Below, piece after piece: positions 39,655-49,983 of a DNA stretch of 64,000 nucleotides (position 1 is the stretch's first letter; the number at the start of each line of letters is the position of its first letter). The stretch lies in assembly GCA_048941285.1 (NCBI GenBank), contig JBHLNS010000010.1, positions 1-64,000 on the forward strand. The letters are read 5' to 3'. The DNA is from Promethearchaeota archaeon (lineage in GTDB: Archaea; Asgardarchaeota; Lokiarchaeia; Sigyniarchaeales; SOKP01). The position numbers and the translations under genes were made by a program. Below the pieces are notes generated by a model, which did no database searches, was not told where the DNA came from, and worked only from the letters and a program-made list of their open reading frames with translations.

Positions 39655-40455
39655 TTATAGGCGATGTATGTGAAATCCGCCATCAATATCTAAAATTGTT
39701 CCCGTAGAAAAGGGAATTAAACCGCTTACAATTGCGATTATAGGTTTAGCAATATCAATGGGTTTACCCCATCTTTTAATTGGGGTAACGCCCTCGTTGA
39801 TTAGTTTATTATAACTTTCAAATCTCGGTTTTGTTAAAGGGGTATCTATTATTCCTGGTGATATCTCAAATACGGGAATTTCATGTTCAGCTAATCTTAC
39901 GGCAAAAAGTTTAGTCATCATGCTCATCCCTGCTTTTGAAATACAGTACTCCCCTCTGTTAAGTGAAGCTGTATATCTATTTATAGAAGAAATATTAATG
40001 ATATATGGTTGATAATCGTCTTTTATGGTTTGCTTTAGCTCAATCATCCATTTAGCAATAGCTTGAGTTAAGAAGAAGGGACCTTTAAGATTGATTCCCA
40101 TTACTCTATCATAGGATTCTTCTGTCATTTCTAACATTTCTCCTCGTTTAATAGGACCAACGCCTGCGTTGTTCACTAGGACATCTATTCGATTGAATTT
40201 CTTCTTAATTTCTTCTATTATTTTTTGTCGATCTTCTCTTTTTCCCACATTTGCTTGAATGTAAACATATTTATCTTTTAAATCCTCATTATAGATTTCT
40301 CTTAATCTTTTTGTATAGTCAGCCGAAAGCACCTTAGTTAAAGCACCATTAATAGCAACTGAAAAGCCAATTTTGGCTAGTTCCAAGATAATTTGTTCAC
40401 CTATACCATGACTACTTCCAGTCACTAATGCTACTTTTTTATTTTCACGGCTCAT
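39655..40455 (-). CDS. SDR oxidoreductase (sugar/sugar-acid-associated subfamily, often labelled 3-ketoacyl-ACP reductase)
   Basis: TGSSHGIG, NNAG, NRGEYCISKAG, PIKRWG.P.D, DGGFHIHRL. Confidence 0.85.
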   Translation of the reverse strand: MSRENKKVALVTGSSHGIGEQIILELAKIGFSVAINGALTKVLSADYTKRLREIYNEDLKDKYVYIQANVGKREDRQKIIEEIKKKFNRIDVLVNNAGVGPIKRGEMLEMTEESYDRVMGINLKGPFFLTQAIAKWMIELKQTIKDDYQPYIINISSINRYTASLNRGEYCISKAGMSMMTKLFAVRLAEHEIPVFEISPGIIDTPLTKPRFESYNKLINEGVTPIKRWGKPIDIAKPIIAIVSGLIPFSTGTILDIDGGFHIHRL

Positions 40456-40596
40456 AAAATACTATTTATTTGATTTTATTAAAAATATTATCAAATAGAT
40501 CTCGTAAATCTAAATTTAAAAGAATAAATATAACATCATCTCTATCTAACAATAACACTTTAATTGAATAAAATAAAAATTATAAAATGATTCAGA

Positions 40597-42303
40597 ATGA
40601 GAAGATTTGCTAGTATTGATTTCTTGCGTGGTATCGCTATTGTATTGATGATATTTTTGCATGTCATTACACATGTTTTAGATGTTTCTGGAATGCTCGC
40701 TCAAATAAATAATATTCCTATGGTAAATATTGTAGCATTTGTTATGTTACCCTTCTTGGGAGGTTTGGCAGGCTTTTTCCTAATGGTATCAGCGATAGGT
40801 AATATGATTAGCATGTACAGACACCTGCAAGCAGGGAGAAGTGTGAAGGATTTAATCATTCGGCAAATTATGGGAGGTGTTCTATTACTGATTTTTGCTT
40901 GGATTTCGGAGAGCATACTTGGAATTCACGGTGTAATCCCAAATCTAATGAGATCTTTAGATGATTTATCCACATGGAATTGGCAGGTTATTCTTTACCG
41001 TGGTTATCATTTTGAAACTATCCATACAATTGCGTGGTGTATTATCCTTAACGGAATAGTCCAAGGCATTCTTTCTAGAAAAAATGGATGGAAAAATCCT
41101 AAAAAGCTTGTTAAAATATATTTAATATTAATTGTAGCAATTGTAGCCATAACTCCTCTCATGTGGTGGTTGGTGGATTTGGCGATCCCCGGATATCCAT
41201 GGGCTAATGATCCAGCTACAGGAGTGGATGTTCAATATCCTTATCTAGGGATTTCAGAATGGTGGAAATTTATAACTCATTTCTTTTTTACTGCTATAGC
41301 AGGGAAAGAGGAACCATTATTTCCTTATCTCGCAGTATCCTTTATGGGAAGTATCATTGGTGTTATTTTAGCTCAACCTAGAGAAGAAGTTCGAGAAAAA
41401 TGGTTAAGTTTTCCAAAGAGAACAATGAAGATTGGTTTTATTATGTTTGTTATAGGCTCTATTGGTCTTGCTATAAATCTAGTTCTTTTAATGATAGAAG
41501 TGAATATAGATGCTGCGTTGAATCTTTATATTGGACTTCCATTCCATCGAAACTGGGTTCCCGAAAATCCAGATATCCCTAGTTCGGTATTACCCGTTTT
41601 AGGGTGGTTATTCCAATTTTTAAGTCTAAATGGAGCTGCTATTTGTCTCATAATGGTAGTAGTTCGTGTAGTCGAATTTCGAGGACGTGGTAAAAAATTT
41701 GCTGATAAAACTCGTTTTTTCCGCCGATTTGGATTTGTTGCTTTCACTATGTATAATATTCAGTGGCTATATTTGTTCATCTGGTTTTTAGTTTCAGCAT
41801 TAATATATAATCAACCATACTTACCACTTGATTGGGTTGGTACATTTCTAGTAATGGCTATAACATTTTTAATCTTTCAGGGTATATTGCTACTTTGGGA
41901 GAAAGCGAAGTATACTGGAAGCTTAGAATGGACAATGGGCACTATTGCGGCTCAGATCATTCCAACGAGGAAAGTAGAAGGTAAATGGTGGAGATCTGGA
42001 CAATTAAATGTTGAAGATGCTTTTTATAATGCTGAATGGTTAAATATCATAGAGGAAAATGAGATAGCGCATGATTTGCAAAGAGATTCAAAATTTGCTT
42101 ATAAAATGTCATTTTTTGGATTTCTTTTCTTCCCAATATCATTTATTACATTTATAATCGCACGAGGATCTGTACGTACTGAACAAAAAAATAAATATAA
42201 TAAGTGGGGAAAAATTGTTTCATTAATAGGCATTATCTTTTTCTTAACATGGCTAGTTATTTCAATAATTTTCAGTTTATCGGATCTTGGAATATCTCTC
42301 TAG
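40597..42303 (+). CDS. Polytopic membrane protein, HGSNAT-catalytic/DUF1624-like putative acyltransferase
   Basis: N-terminal RFASIDFLRGIAIVLMIFLH, PLFPY; more than 12 TM. Confidence 0.7.
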   Translation: MRRFASIDFLRGIAIVLMIFLHVITHVLDVSGMLAQINNIPMVNIVAFVMLPFLGGLAGFFLMVSAIGNMISMYRHLQAGRSVKDLIIRQIMGGVLLLIFAWISESILGIHGVIPNLMRSLDDLSTWNWQVILYRGYHFETIHTIAWCIILNGIVQGILSRKNGWKNPKKLVKIYLILIVAIVAITPLMWWLVDLAIPGYPWANDPATGVDVQYPYLGISEWWKFITHFFFTAIAGKEEPLFPYLAVSFMGSIIGVILAQPREEVREKWLSFPKRTMKIGFIMFVIGSIGLAINLVLLMIEVNIDAALNLYIGLPFHRNWVPENPDIPSSVLPVLGWLFQFLSLNGAAICLIMVVVRVVEFRGRGKKFADKTRFFRRFGFVAFTMYNIQWLYLFIWFLVSALIYNQPYLPLDWVGTFLVMAITFLIFQGILLLWEKAKYTGSLEWTMGTIAAQIIPTRKVEGKWWRSGQLNVEDAFYNAEWLNIIEENEIAHDLQRDSKFAYKMSFFGFLFFPISFITFIIARGSVRTEQKNKYNKWGKIVSLIGIIFFLTWLVISIIFSLSDLGISL

Positions 42304-42387
42304 ATACCTAAAAGAGTAAAATTTACTTTAAATCCAATTTTTTTTTTATTAAATTTAAAATTACCATTTTAATTAGGGGTTTTTTGA

Positions 42388-44424
42388 ATGAATCATATTA
42401 AGAAAAATATGAGTGAAACAGAGATTGAAGTTTATGTAAGAAGTGTTCTTAATAGAATGACTTTAGAACAAAAAGTTCAACAAATGACTGGGAATGGATT
42501 ATATCTTAAGGTGTTAAAAGATGGAGGATTTGGTAAGCGGGTATATGATGCAGCTGGTTCAGATGAATTTAATATTCCTCCCTTTAAATTTACTGATGGT
42601 CCTCGCGGAGTAATAATACCAGATTCTACATGTTTTCCCGTTTCAATGGCTCGTGGAGCATCCTGGGATATAGAATTAGAACAACGAATTGGTGATGTGA
42701 TCGGAAAAGAAGTTCGTGCACATGGAGGTAATCTTTTTGGAGGTGTTTGCATTAATAATTTACGACACCCCTCTTGGGGCAGAGCTCAAGAAACTTATGG
42801 TGAAGATTCTTATCTAATAGGAGAATTTGGTGCTGCATTAACTCGTGGGGTACAAAAACACAATGTCATGGCAACTGCAAAACATTTTGCAGCAAACAGT
42901 ATTGAAAATGCACGTTTTAAGGTCAATGTGAAAATGGACGAACGAACACTACGTGAGGTATATTTACCACATTTTAAAAGATGTGTAGAGGAGGGATGTG
43001 CAACAATAATGAGTGCTTATAACAAAGTTCGAGGAAAATATTGTGGTCATAACAATTATCTGTTACGTGAAATTTTAAAAAAAGAATGGAATTTTGATGG
43101 ATTTGTACATTCTGATTGGATTTACGGTTTAAAAAATACTGTAGGCGGAATTACAGGTGGTTTAGATGTTGAAATGCCTCGAAAAAAATACTATAGACTT
43201 CGGAGAATACAAAATTTTCTCCAAAAAGGCAAAATATCAGAAGATATGATTGATGAAGCTGCTCGAAGAGTCATGAAAACAATCCTTCGTTATACTACCA
43301 AAGAAGATCCCCAAATATATGAACAAGATTTAATCGGATGTGAAGAGCATCTTAATGTAGCATTAGAAGCTGCAGAAAAGAGTATGGTACTCTTAAAAAA
43401 TGAAAATAATATTCTACCCTTGAAAAAAGCTAAATTAAACAAATTAGGAATCTTTGGAAGATTAGCCAGATTAAGAAATACAGGTGACCATGGCAGTAGT
43501 AATGTAAATAACAAAAAAATTATTACTCCTTTAAAAGGTATAAAAAATTATTTGGGAGATTCCATTGAACTGCTTTACAATGATGGACAAGATGAAGATA
43601 GTGTGAGAAAAATGGCTAAGGAGGTGGATATTGCTATTATAGTTGTTGGATTAACCTATAAGGATGAGGGAGAATATATTCGTGAATTCAGAACTGGCGG
43701 AGATCGAGAGAATTTATCATTAAATGATAAGCATATCAAATTGATAGAGAATGTTGCATCTCAAAATGCAAAATCTATTGTTATTTTAGTTGGAGGGAGT
43801 GCTATTACTATGGAAGAATGGAAAAATAAAGTTCCAGCAATACTAATGGCATGGTATTCAGGCATGGAGGGAGGGAAAGCTTTAGCAAGAATTATTTTTG
43901 GTGAGGTTAACCCAGGTGGAAAACTTCCCTTTACTATTCCTAAAGATCCAAACGATTTACCATTTTTTGATAAGAACGCTGATGAAATTGAATATGGGTA
44001 TTATCATGGATATACTCTTTTTGACAAAACAGGATTGGAACCAGCATTTCCTTTTGGTTTTGGATTAAGCTATACCGCTTTTGAATATAGTAATTTAAAC
44101 GTTGATGTTAAAAATGATTCTATTCTTGCTTCTGTAGAAGTTAAAAATACCGGAAAGATAACTGGAGATGAGGTAGTTCAATTATACATAGGATTTGAAA
44201 ATTCTAACATTGATCGTCCAGTAAAATTATTAAAAGGCTTTTCGCGAGTTCACATAAAACCAAATGAAGTTAAAGATGTAAATATTGAAGTTCACATAAA
44301 GAATCTTGCATGGTATAATCCAACTTCTAAAACTTGGGAGATTGAAAAAATACAATATACACTTTATGTAGGTCCATCATCTAAAGAAGATGAACTGTTA
44401 TCTGTTCAATTTAAATTGAACTAA
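42388..44424 (+). CDS. GH3 beta-glucosidase/xylosidase
   Basis: DGPRG, WGRAQETYGED, KHF, MSAYN, SDW nucleophile, PFGFGLSYT, C-terminal Fn3-like domain; no signal peptide. Confidence 0.93.
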   Translation: MNHIKKNMSETEIEVYVRSVLNRMTLEQKVQQMTGNGLYLKVLKDGGFGKRVYDAAGSDEFNIPPFKFTDGPRGVIIPDSTCFPVSMARGASWDIELEQRIGDVIGKEVRAHGGNLFGGVCINNLRHPSWGRAQETYGEDSYLIGEFGAALTRGVQKHNVMATAKHFAANSIENARFKVNVKMDERTLREVYLPHFKRCVEEGCATIMSAYNKVRGKYCGHNNYLLREILKKEWNFDGFVHSDWIYGLKNTVGGITGGLDVEMPRKKYYRLRRIQNFLQKGKISEDMIDEAARRVMKTILRYTTKEDPQIYEQDLIGCEEHLNVALEAAEKSMVLLKNENNILPLKKAKLNKLGIFGRLARLRNTGDHGSSNVNNKKIITPLKGIKNYLGDSIELLYNDGQDEDSVRKMAKEVDIAIIVVGLTYKDEGEYIREFRTGGDRENLSLNDKHIKLIENVASQNAKSIVILVGGSAITMEEWKNKVPAILMAWYSGMEGGKALARIIFGEVNPGGKLPFTIPKDPNDLPFFDKNADEIEYGYYHGYTLFDKTGLEPAFPFGFGLSYTAFEYSNLNVDVKNDSILASVEVKNTGKITGDEVVQLYIGFENSNIDRPVKLLKGFSRVHIKPNEVKDVNIEVHIKNLAWYNPTSKTWEIEKIQYTLYVGPSSKEDELLSVQFKLN

Positions 44425-44440
44425 ATATGAAAAATTTTAA

Positions 44441-45460
44441 TCAAAATTTTTCAATATTTTCTTTTTTCCCAGTTTCAGAAGATTTATATAAAGCAGATAT
44501 TAAACTTAGAACTTTAGAGCTTTCTTCTATTGTATTGAAATAAGGTTTATCGTGAAGTACCCATTCCCCAAATGCTTTTACTGATCGCCCAAAATGAGAA
44601 AACCCTTTTATTTCTTTTTTGGTTTTGAATTTTTTGACCCCTTTCCAAGTTAAAGATGATTTTGGCCAAGGACCTTTATAGAAACATCTTCCTTTTTTAC
44701 CAAAAACTTCCAATTCAACCTTTTCTTTAAATATTCCGTAAGGGGGGTTAATAAATGTTGAATCATTAATTTGGGCATAGATTCCGTTTTCAAATTCAAT
44801 AATTCCTAAACCAAAATCTTCTACTTCGATATTCTTGAATCTGAGATTATCAGTCTTTCCCATTATTGTTTTTGGTGCGCCAAAAGCCCATATCATAATA
44901 TCAAGTATATGTGAACCATGAATTAAAAGAGTTCCCCCTCCTGCAGTCTCTTTTTTAGTCCGCCAGGGACCTTTTTCAAAATATGTTTCATTTCTACTGA
45001 AGTATACATTACAATTAGCGTAATATACTTCACCTAAATGATTATTCTGTAAAGCATTAACCAAACGATAGCAATTATGGTCATATCGATAATTATAATT
45101 AAAACCTAACTTCAAATCTTGGTATTGATTATCTAAATTCTGTATCTCCCGAGCGTCGCCTAATGATATAGAAACAGGTTTTTCACAGAGAACATGCTTT
45201 CCATTTTCAAAAGCTTGTTTTATCATTGGTTTATGAAGGTGATGAGGTGTGGCAATATATACAGCATCAAAATCCTCATTCTCATACATCTCCTCAGGAT
45301 CTGTACAAGCATATCCTCCAATTTTAATAGCTTTATTTATATCTAAATCAACGGCTGCAACAATTTTTGTATTTTTTATTATTTTTGTTACAAGTTTATA
45401 CATCTTAGTTATCCCACCACAGCCGATAACCCCAACTTGCAATAGATTTTTATTAGTCAT
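44441..45460 (-). CDS. Gfo/Idh/MocA family oxidoreductase
   Basis: GVIGCGGI, IATPHHLH, HVLCEKP, GGGTLLIHGSH. Confidence 0.9.
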   Translation of the reverse strand: MTNKNLLQVGVIGCGGITKMYKLVTKIIKNTKIVAAVDLDINKAIKIGGYACTDPEEMYENEDFDAVYIATPHHLHKPMIKQAFENGKHVLCEKPVSISLGDAREIQNLDNQYQDLKLGFNYNYRYDHNCYRLVNALQNNHLGEVYYANCNVYFSRNETYFEKGPWRTKKETAGGGTLLIHGSHILDIMIWAFGAPKTIMGKTDNLRFKNIEVEDFGLGIIEFENGIYAQINDSTFINPPYGIFKEKVELEVFGKKGRCFYKGPWPKSSLTWKGVKKFKTKKEIKGFSHFGRSVKAFGEWVLHDKPYFNTIEESSKVLSLISALYKSSETGKKENIEKF

Positions 45461-45478
45461 TGTGCTCCACCATTATTG

Positions 45479-46111
45479 CTATTCTTTTAGAACCCATCTA
45501 ACCATATCTCTTATAAGTGTACGATAGATCTTATTCTTTAAAGATTTTGCTTGATGTCCTAATGCACAAAAAGCAACTCTTCCCTCTCCATACGTCTTAA
45601 CCCAGATTATAGGTTCAGGATTAGGATCTTTCTCATCATGATAATATCCTTCTGCTAATACTTTCATATCACCTTTCATAGAGAAATCGTGTCTATATGG
45701 TTCATCAAAGAAAGTAAAGTCTTCTAGATTAGCAATTATTGGATGAGATTTATCAAGTATTTTGATATCTATGTTGGTTTTCTTTTTATGCTTTAAAAAT
45801 CTCCCTCCAATCATTTCATAATATTTAGGATGCTTCTTAAAAGAAGCTGAGGCTCCATGTAATCCAACAAATCCTTTTCCACCAGCAATAAAATCCAGTA
45901 AATTTTTTTCTTGCTTTTCAGTAAATTCACCAAATTGAGTAAAAAAGACAGTTGTGTCATAATCAAAGAAGTCTCTATTATTGAAGATTTCTACATCTTC
46001 GTAAATATCAACAATATAATCATTTAAAACTTCCTTAAAATAAGAGGAGGTTTTTTTCTTCTTAAAATGCCTACCCCTTTGACATATCAAAATTTTCTTT
46101 TTCACAGCCAT
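45479..46111 (-). CDS. ThuA-like (class I glutamine amidotransferase-fold) protein
   Basis: GGKGFVGLHGA, GGRF..H, HPI...L, DEPY, W...YGEGRV...LGH. Confidence 0.85.
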   Translation of the reverse strand: MAVKKKILICQRGRHFKKKKTSSYFKEVLNDYIVDIYEDVEIFNNRDFFDYDTTVFFTQFGEFTEKQEKNLLDFIAGGKGFVGLHGASASFKKHPKYYEMIGGRFLKHKKKTNIDIKILDKSHPIIANLEDFTFFDEPYRHDFSMKGDMKVLAEGYYHDEKDPNPEPIIWVKTYGEGRVAFCALGHQAKSLKNKIYRTLIRDMVRWVLKE

Positions 46112-46170
46112 AAACCATCATAAAAAAAAAATGAAAAGTTCTTTATTAAGGGATCTCTAGTTATAATGTA

Positions 46171-47544
46171 ATGAGTCTAAATCCTTCCCTCTCCCAATTT
46201 GAAACATTTGCTTATAAAACGTTAAATGAATTAGAAATAAATATTAAAAAATTGGGATTGGATATTCCAATATATCCAAGAGTAGAAATTCTACAACAAA
46301 GAGTACATGTTCATAATTTATTTTTACCTAACAGATTAGCAATTCAACCAATGGAAGGATTCGATGCTAATTCTGATGGATCTCCTGGAAAATTAACTTA
46401 TAGACGATATGAAAGATATGCAAAGGGTGGGGCTGGTTTAATTTGGTTCGAGGCTACAGCAATTAACTATGATTGTCGATCAAATCCTCATCAATTAGTC
46501 TTATCAGAAGAAAATTGTGAAAAGTTTGAAAAATTTGTTTCATTTACAAGAGAGGTTTCTAATAAAGCTCTTAAAGAGTTAGGTTTTGTGAATAAAAGTA
46601 TATTAATTCTCCAATTAAACCATTCTGGAAGATATTGTGTAAGGGATGGTAGGAATTATCCTTTAAGAGGTTATCATAATCCTGATTTAGATAAAGCTAA
46701 AAAACTCTCAAAATTGGAAGGTACTATTTTATCGGATAAGGAATTAAAAGAATTAGAGGATGTTTGGGTTCAGAAAGCGATTTTGGCAAAAAAGGTCGGT
46801 TTTGATGGGGTAGACATTAAATCTTGTCATGGTTATTTAATTCATGAATTACTTAGTTCAAGACTTCGAGAAGACTCTAAATATGGTGGGAAATCTCTAG
46901 AAGGTAGGTCAAAATTTCTTCTAAATATCATAAAAAAATTAAATAATAAACTCAAAAATGAGAGAAATTTTATAATTACAACTCGAATGAGCGTTTACGA
47001 TGGAATTCCTTTCCCTAATGGTTTTGGAGTTAAAATGGATGAAACTGAGAGTTTTCCCGCTTCAATAGACCTTTCTGAGCCTTTAGAGGTTATTAATAAG
47101 CTCTATAAACAAGGTTTAAGGTTAATAAATATATCAGCGGGAAATCCTCATTATAAACCTCAAATCACTCGCCCGTTTGATAAACCAATAAAAGGAGGGC
47201 TTTTACCGAATGAACATCCTTTATATGGTGTAAATAGGCTTTTAAACTTGGCAACCTTAATTAAAAATCATCTACCAGATGACATGATAGTTGTGGGATC
47301 TGGTTATTCCTATTTACGCCAATTTGCAGGATACGTTGCAGCGGGTATGGCACATGAAAAGCGAGTAGATATTTGCGCATTTGGAAGGATGGCATTAGCA
47401 AATCCTAATTTTCCAAAACAAATTTTTCAAGAGGGAAAAATGGATAAAAAACAGGTATGTATCACCTGTTCAAAATGTTCTGAATTGATGAAACTAGGCC
47501 AAAATGTAGGATGTGCTACTAGAGATCCTGAATATCAGAAGTAA
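46171..47544 (+). CDS. NADH:flavin oxidoreductase (OYE-like)
   Basis: NRLAIQPMEG.D, GGAGLIWFEA, QLNHSGR, DGVDIKSCHGY, CITCSKC. Confidence 0.88.
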   Translation: MSLNPSLSQFETFAYKTLNELEINIKKLGLDIPIYPRVEILQQRVHVHNLFLPNRLAIQPMEGFDANSDGSPGKLTYRRYERYAKGGAGLIWFEATAINYDCRSNPHQLVLSEENCEKFEKFVSFTREVSNKALKELGFVNKSILILQLNHSGRYCVRDGRNYPLRGYHNPDLDKAKKLSKLEGTILSDKELKELEDVWVQKAILAKKVGFDGVDIKSCHGYLIHELLSSRLREDSKYGGKSLEGRSKFLLNIIKKLNNKLKNERNFIITTRMSVYDGIPFPNGFGVKMDETESFPASIDLSEPLEVINKLYKQGLRLINISAGNPHYKPQITRPFDKPIKGGLLPNEHPLYGVNRLLNLATLIKNHLPDDMIVVGSGYSYLRQFAGYVAAGMAHEKRVDICAFGRMALANPNFPKQIFQEGKMDKKQVCITCSKCSELMKLGQNVGCATRDPEYQK

Positions 47545-47623
47545 AAATTAATAGAGAAACTTATTTTAATCATTAGATTGAATTTATAATATTAGAAAAT
47601 TAAAAATCTCTGTTCTTGATATA

Positions 47624-49963
47624 ATGGAAAAATTTCGAAATCAGAAGAAATACATTAGATATATTCTTTTTTTAGGATTGTTTCTCATTATGTCTATTCC
47701 TCTTTGGAAAATTATAATTTCAATTAATATTGGTGGACCATTGATATTTCTAGCATTTGTACTGTATTATGTGAGCTCTAATACAATTTTTAATAATATT
47801 ATTATAATTTTTTTTCTAATTTATTTAACTTTTATAATCTATCGGATAAAAGCAGCAAATAGAAGCAAAACCAAGAAATCTCCAAAATTAATTTTATTAT
47901 TTGTAATTTTAGTTTTACCACAATTTTTCATTTTTGAGCAAGATTATCCCAAACCTAAAATAAGCCAAGAACAATGGGAGTTCTCAATGAGAACTAGTTT
48001 CAACCGTAATTTTGATTTATTTGATACATTTAACGCAACTGAGGGTTATAGAGAACGTCAGAGTGTATATTTGAATGATAGTAAAAACAGTAACCATGTA
48101 TACGCTCAAGTATCTCGAATTTATTTAGGTTTGAATGTGAGTGAAGCCAGTATTGAAGCCTCACTTTATAAAATTTACAACCTGAAAGATACTTTGGATT
48201 TTACTTTGAATAATCTTATACGTTTGATATACATCGACATAAATAGAAGTATTTTGAGTCCAACAATACGGAAAAAAGTTATTGATGCTTTTGGTAAAAC
48301 AAAGTATTGGTACACGGAACCTGTTAGAGATAATATGATATATTATACAGAGAATCATCAAATTCTTTTTCATACCGCAGAATTACTCATAGGGCAACTT
48401 TTTCCTAATGATACGTTCGTTATCTCAAATATGACTGGGCTTGAACATGTAAATCATGCTCTTCCTCTAGTAAAAAGATGGCTTGATTGGAGAGCTCAAT
48501 TTGGTTTTGCGGAATGGCACTCAAATACATACTATACTGAAGATATAGCGGCTCTTGTTAACCTTGTTGATTTTTCAGAAGATCCTGAAGTTGTTTATAA
48601 AGCAGCGATGGTTTTAGATATAATAGCTTTTGATTTTGCTAATAATTATTATAAGGGTAGATATGCCACCACGCATGGTCGTTGCTATGATAGAACTAAA
48701 TTAGGCCCTAGTATAATATCTCCCGCATCTCGAGACAGTACCTCTGAATCTGCTTGGATAATGCTAGGTCTTGGATATCATAATCCTTCAGATAATAGTA
48801 ATCTTGCTGCAGTCGCTTTAGCTACCAGTGATTATTATGCCCCCCCTCCTATTTTGGAGGATATCGCCAATAACGCAACCTTATATAACGAACATAAGGA
48901 AAGAAACAGTATTGACATGAATGACGGCGAAATGTACAATATAAATTATAACGAAGATGATCTAATGTTTTGGTTAGGTATGTCTGCGGTTCTACCACCT
49001 CAAACAATAAAAGGGGTCTTTGAATTAGTAGAAAAATATAATATAGATTCAAATAATATGTATGGTCCAACATTAATCTCTGACTTTTTTCGAATATCAG
49101 CATTTCTGCATGGAATTTCACTTAGTCAATATTCTGAGAAAATGAAGCTCATAACCCAGGGGATATGCTTAGAAACTTCAAATACTTATACATATAGAAC
49201 ACCCTACTATCAGCTTTCCGGTTCTCAAGATCATCAGAAAGGAATGAATAGTTATCAAGAACACATTTGGCAAGCTAGTTTAGACGATGATGCTTTTATT
49301 TATACAAATTCACCCGGAGGGTTAACTAAAGATTTTGAACAAGAATATGTTGGTGGTTGGAATCCAAGAGCTACGTTATATAAAAATGTAGGGGTAATCC
49401 AATATGACCGTGAAACTTTACCATTAGAAGGAGAATTACTATTATATTTCCTCAATCTTTTTACAGGTAATAAATTCTATCAACATGCTTATTTTCCCCA
49501 ATGGGCTTTTGATGAGATAGAAGAGCGAGGAAAATGGATATTTGGTGCTAGAGGAGGAGGATATATTGCACTTTATTCTTTCTATAACACTAGATGGGCT
49601 TCTGATTATGAATTAAGGGTTGATGGGTTCAAAAATTTATGGATCGTTGAATTGGGAAGTGTTGATGAATATGGTTCATTTAATCAATTTATTTCTGATA
49701 TCCAACAATCTCAAATACAAGTTGTACCACAAGCATTAGGTTTTAATGTCCAGTATTCATCTCCTTCTCAAGGACTAGTAAGGGTTTCATGGAATGGGCC
49801 AATGATTGTAGATGGAAGTGAGGTCGACTTAGGTCCTTATGCTCGTTTTGATAATGATTATTGTTATCAAAATTTTGATACAAAATCGACTTTAATTCAA
49901 TTTGGGAATCAGAGTTTAGAGTTGGATTTTATTAATGCTTCAAGAATTTATCAAATTAATTAA
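47624..49963 (+). CDS. Membrane-anchored large protein, putative polysaccharide lyase-like (heparinase II/III-type architecture)
   Basis: 3 N-terminal TM, then a helical domain (TENHQILFH, EWHSNTYY..D, HGRCY) and a beta-rich C-terminus; many N-x-S/T sequons; sits in the glycan cluster. Confidence 0.5.
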   Translation: MEKFRNQKKYIRYILFLGLFLIMSIPLWKIIISINIGGPLIFLAFVLYYVSSNTIFNNIIIIFFLIYLTFIIYRIKAANRSKTKKSPKLILLFVILVLPQFFIFEQDYPKPKISQEQWEFSMRTSFNRNFDLFDTFNATEGYRERQSVYLNDSKNSNHVYAQVSRIYLGLNVSEASIEASLYKIYNLKDTLDFTLNNLIRLIYIDINRSILSPTIRKKVIDAFGKTKYWYTEPVRDNMIYYTENHQILFHTAELLIGQLFPNDTFVISNMTGLEHVNHALPLVKRWLDWRAQFGFAEWHSNTYYTEDIAALVNLVDFSEDPEVVYKAAMVLDIIAFDFANNYYKGRYATTHGRCYDRTKLGPSIISPASRDSTSESAWIMLGLGYHNPSDNSNLAAVALATSDYYAPPPILEDIANNATLYNEHKERNSIDMNDGEMYNINYNEDDLMFWLGMSAVLPPQTIKGVFELVEKYNIDSNNMYGPTLISDFFRISAFLHGISLSQYSEKMKLITQGICLETSNTYTYRTPYYQLSGSQDHQKGMNSYQEHIWQASLDDDAFIYTNSPGGLTKDFEQEYVGGWNPRATLYKNVGVIQYDRETLPLEGELLLYFLNLFTGNKFYQHAYFPQWAFDEIEERGKWIFGARGGGYIALYSFYNTRWASDYELRVDGFKNLWIVELGSVDEYGSFNQFISDIQQSQIQVVPQALGFNVQYSSPSQGLVRVSWNGPMIVDGSEVDLGPYARFDNDYCYQNFDTKSTLIQFGNQSLELDFINASRIYQIN

Positions 49964-49983
49964 TCAACCATAATAAAGAAAAA

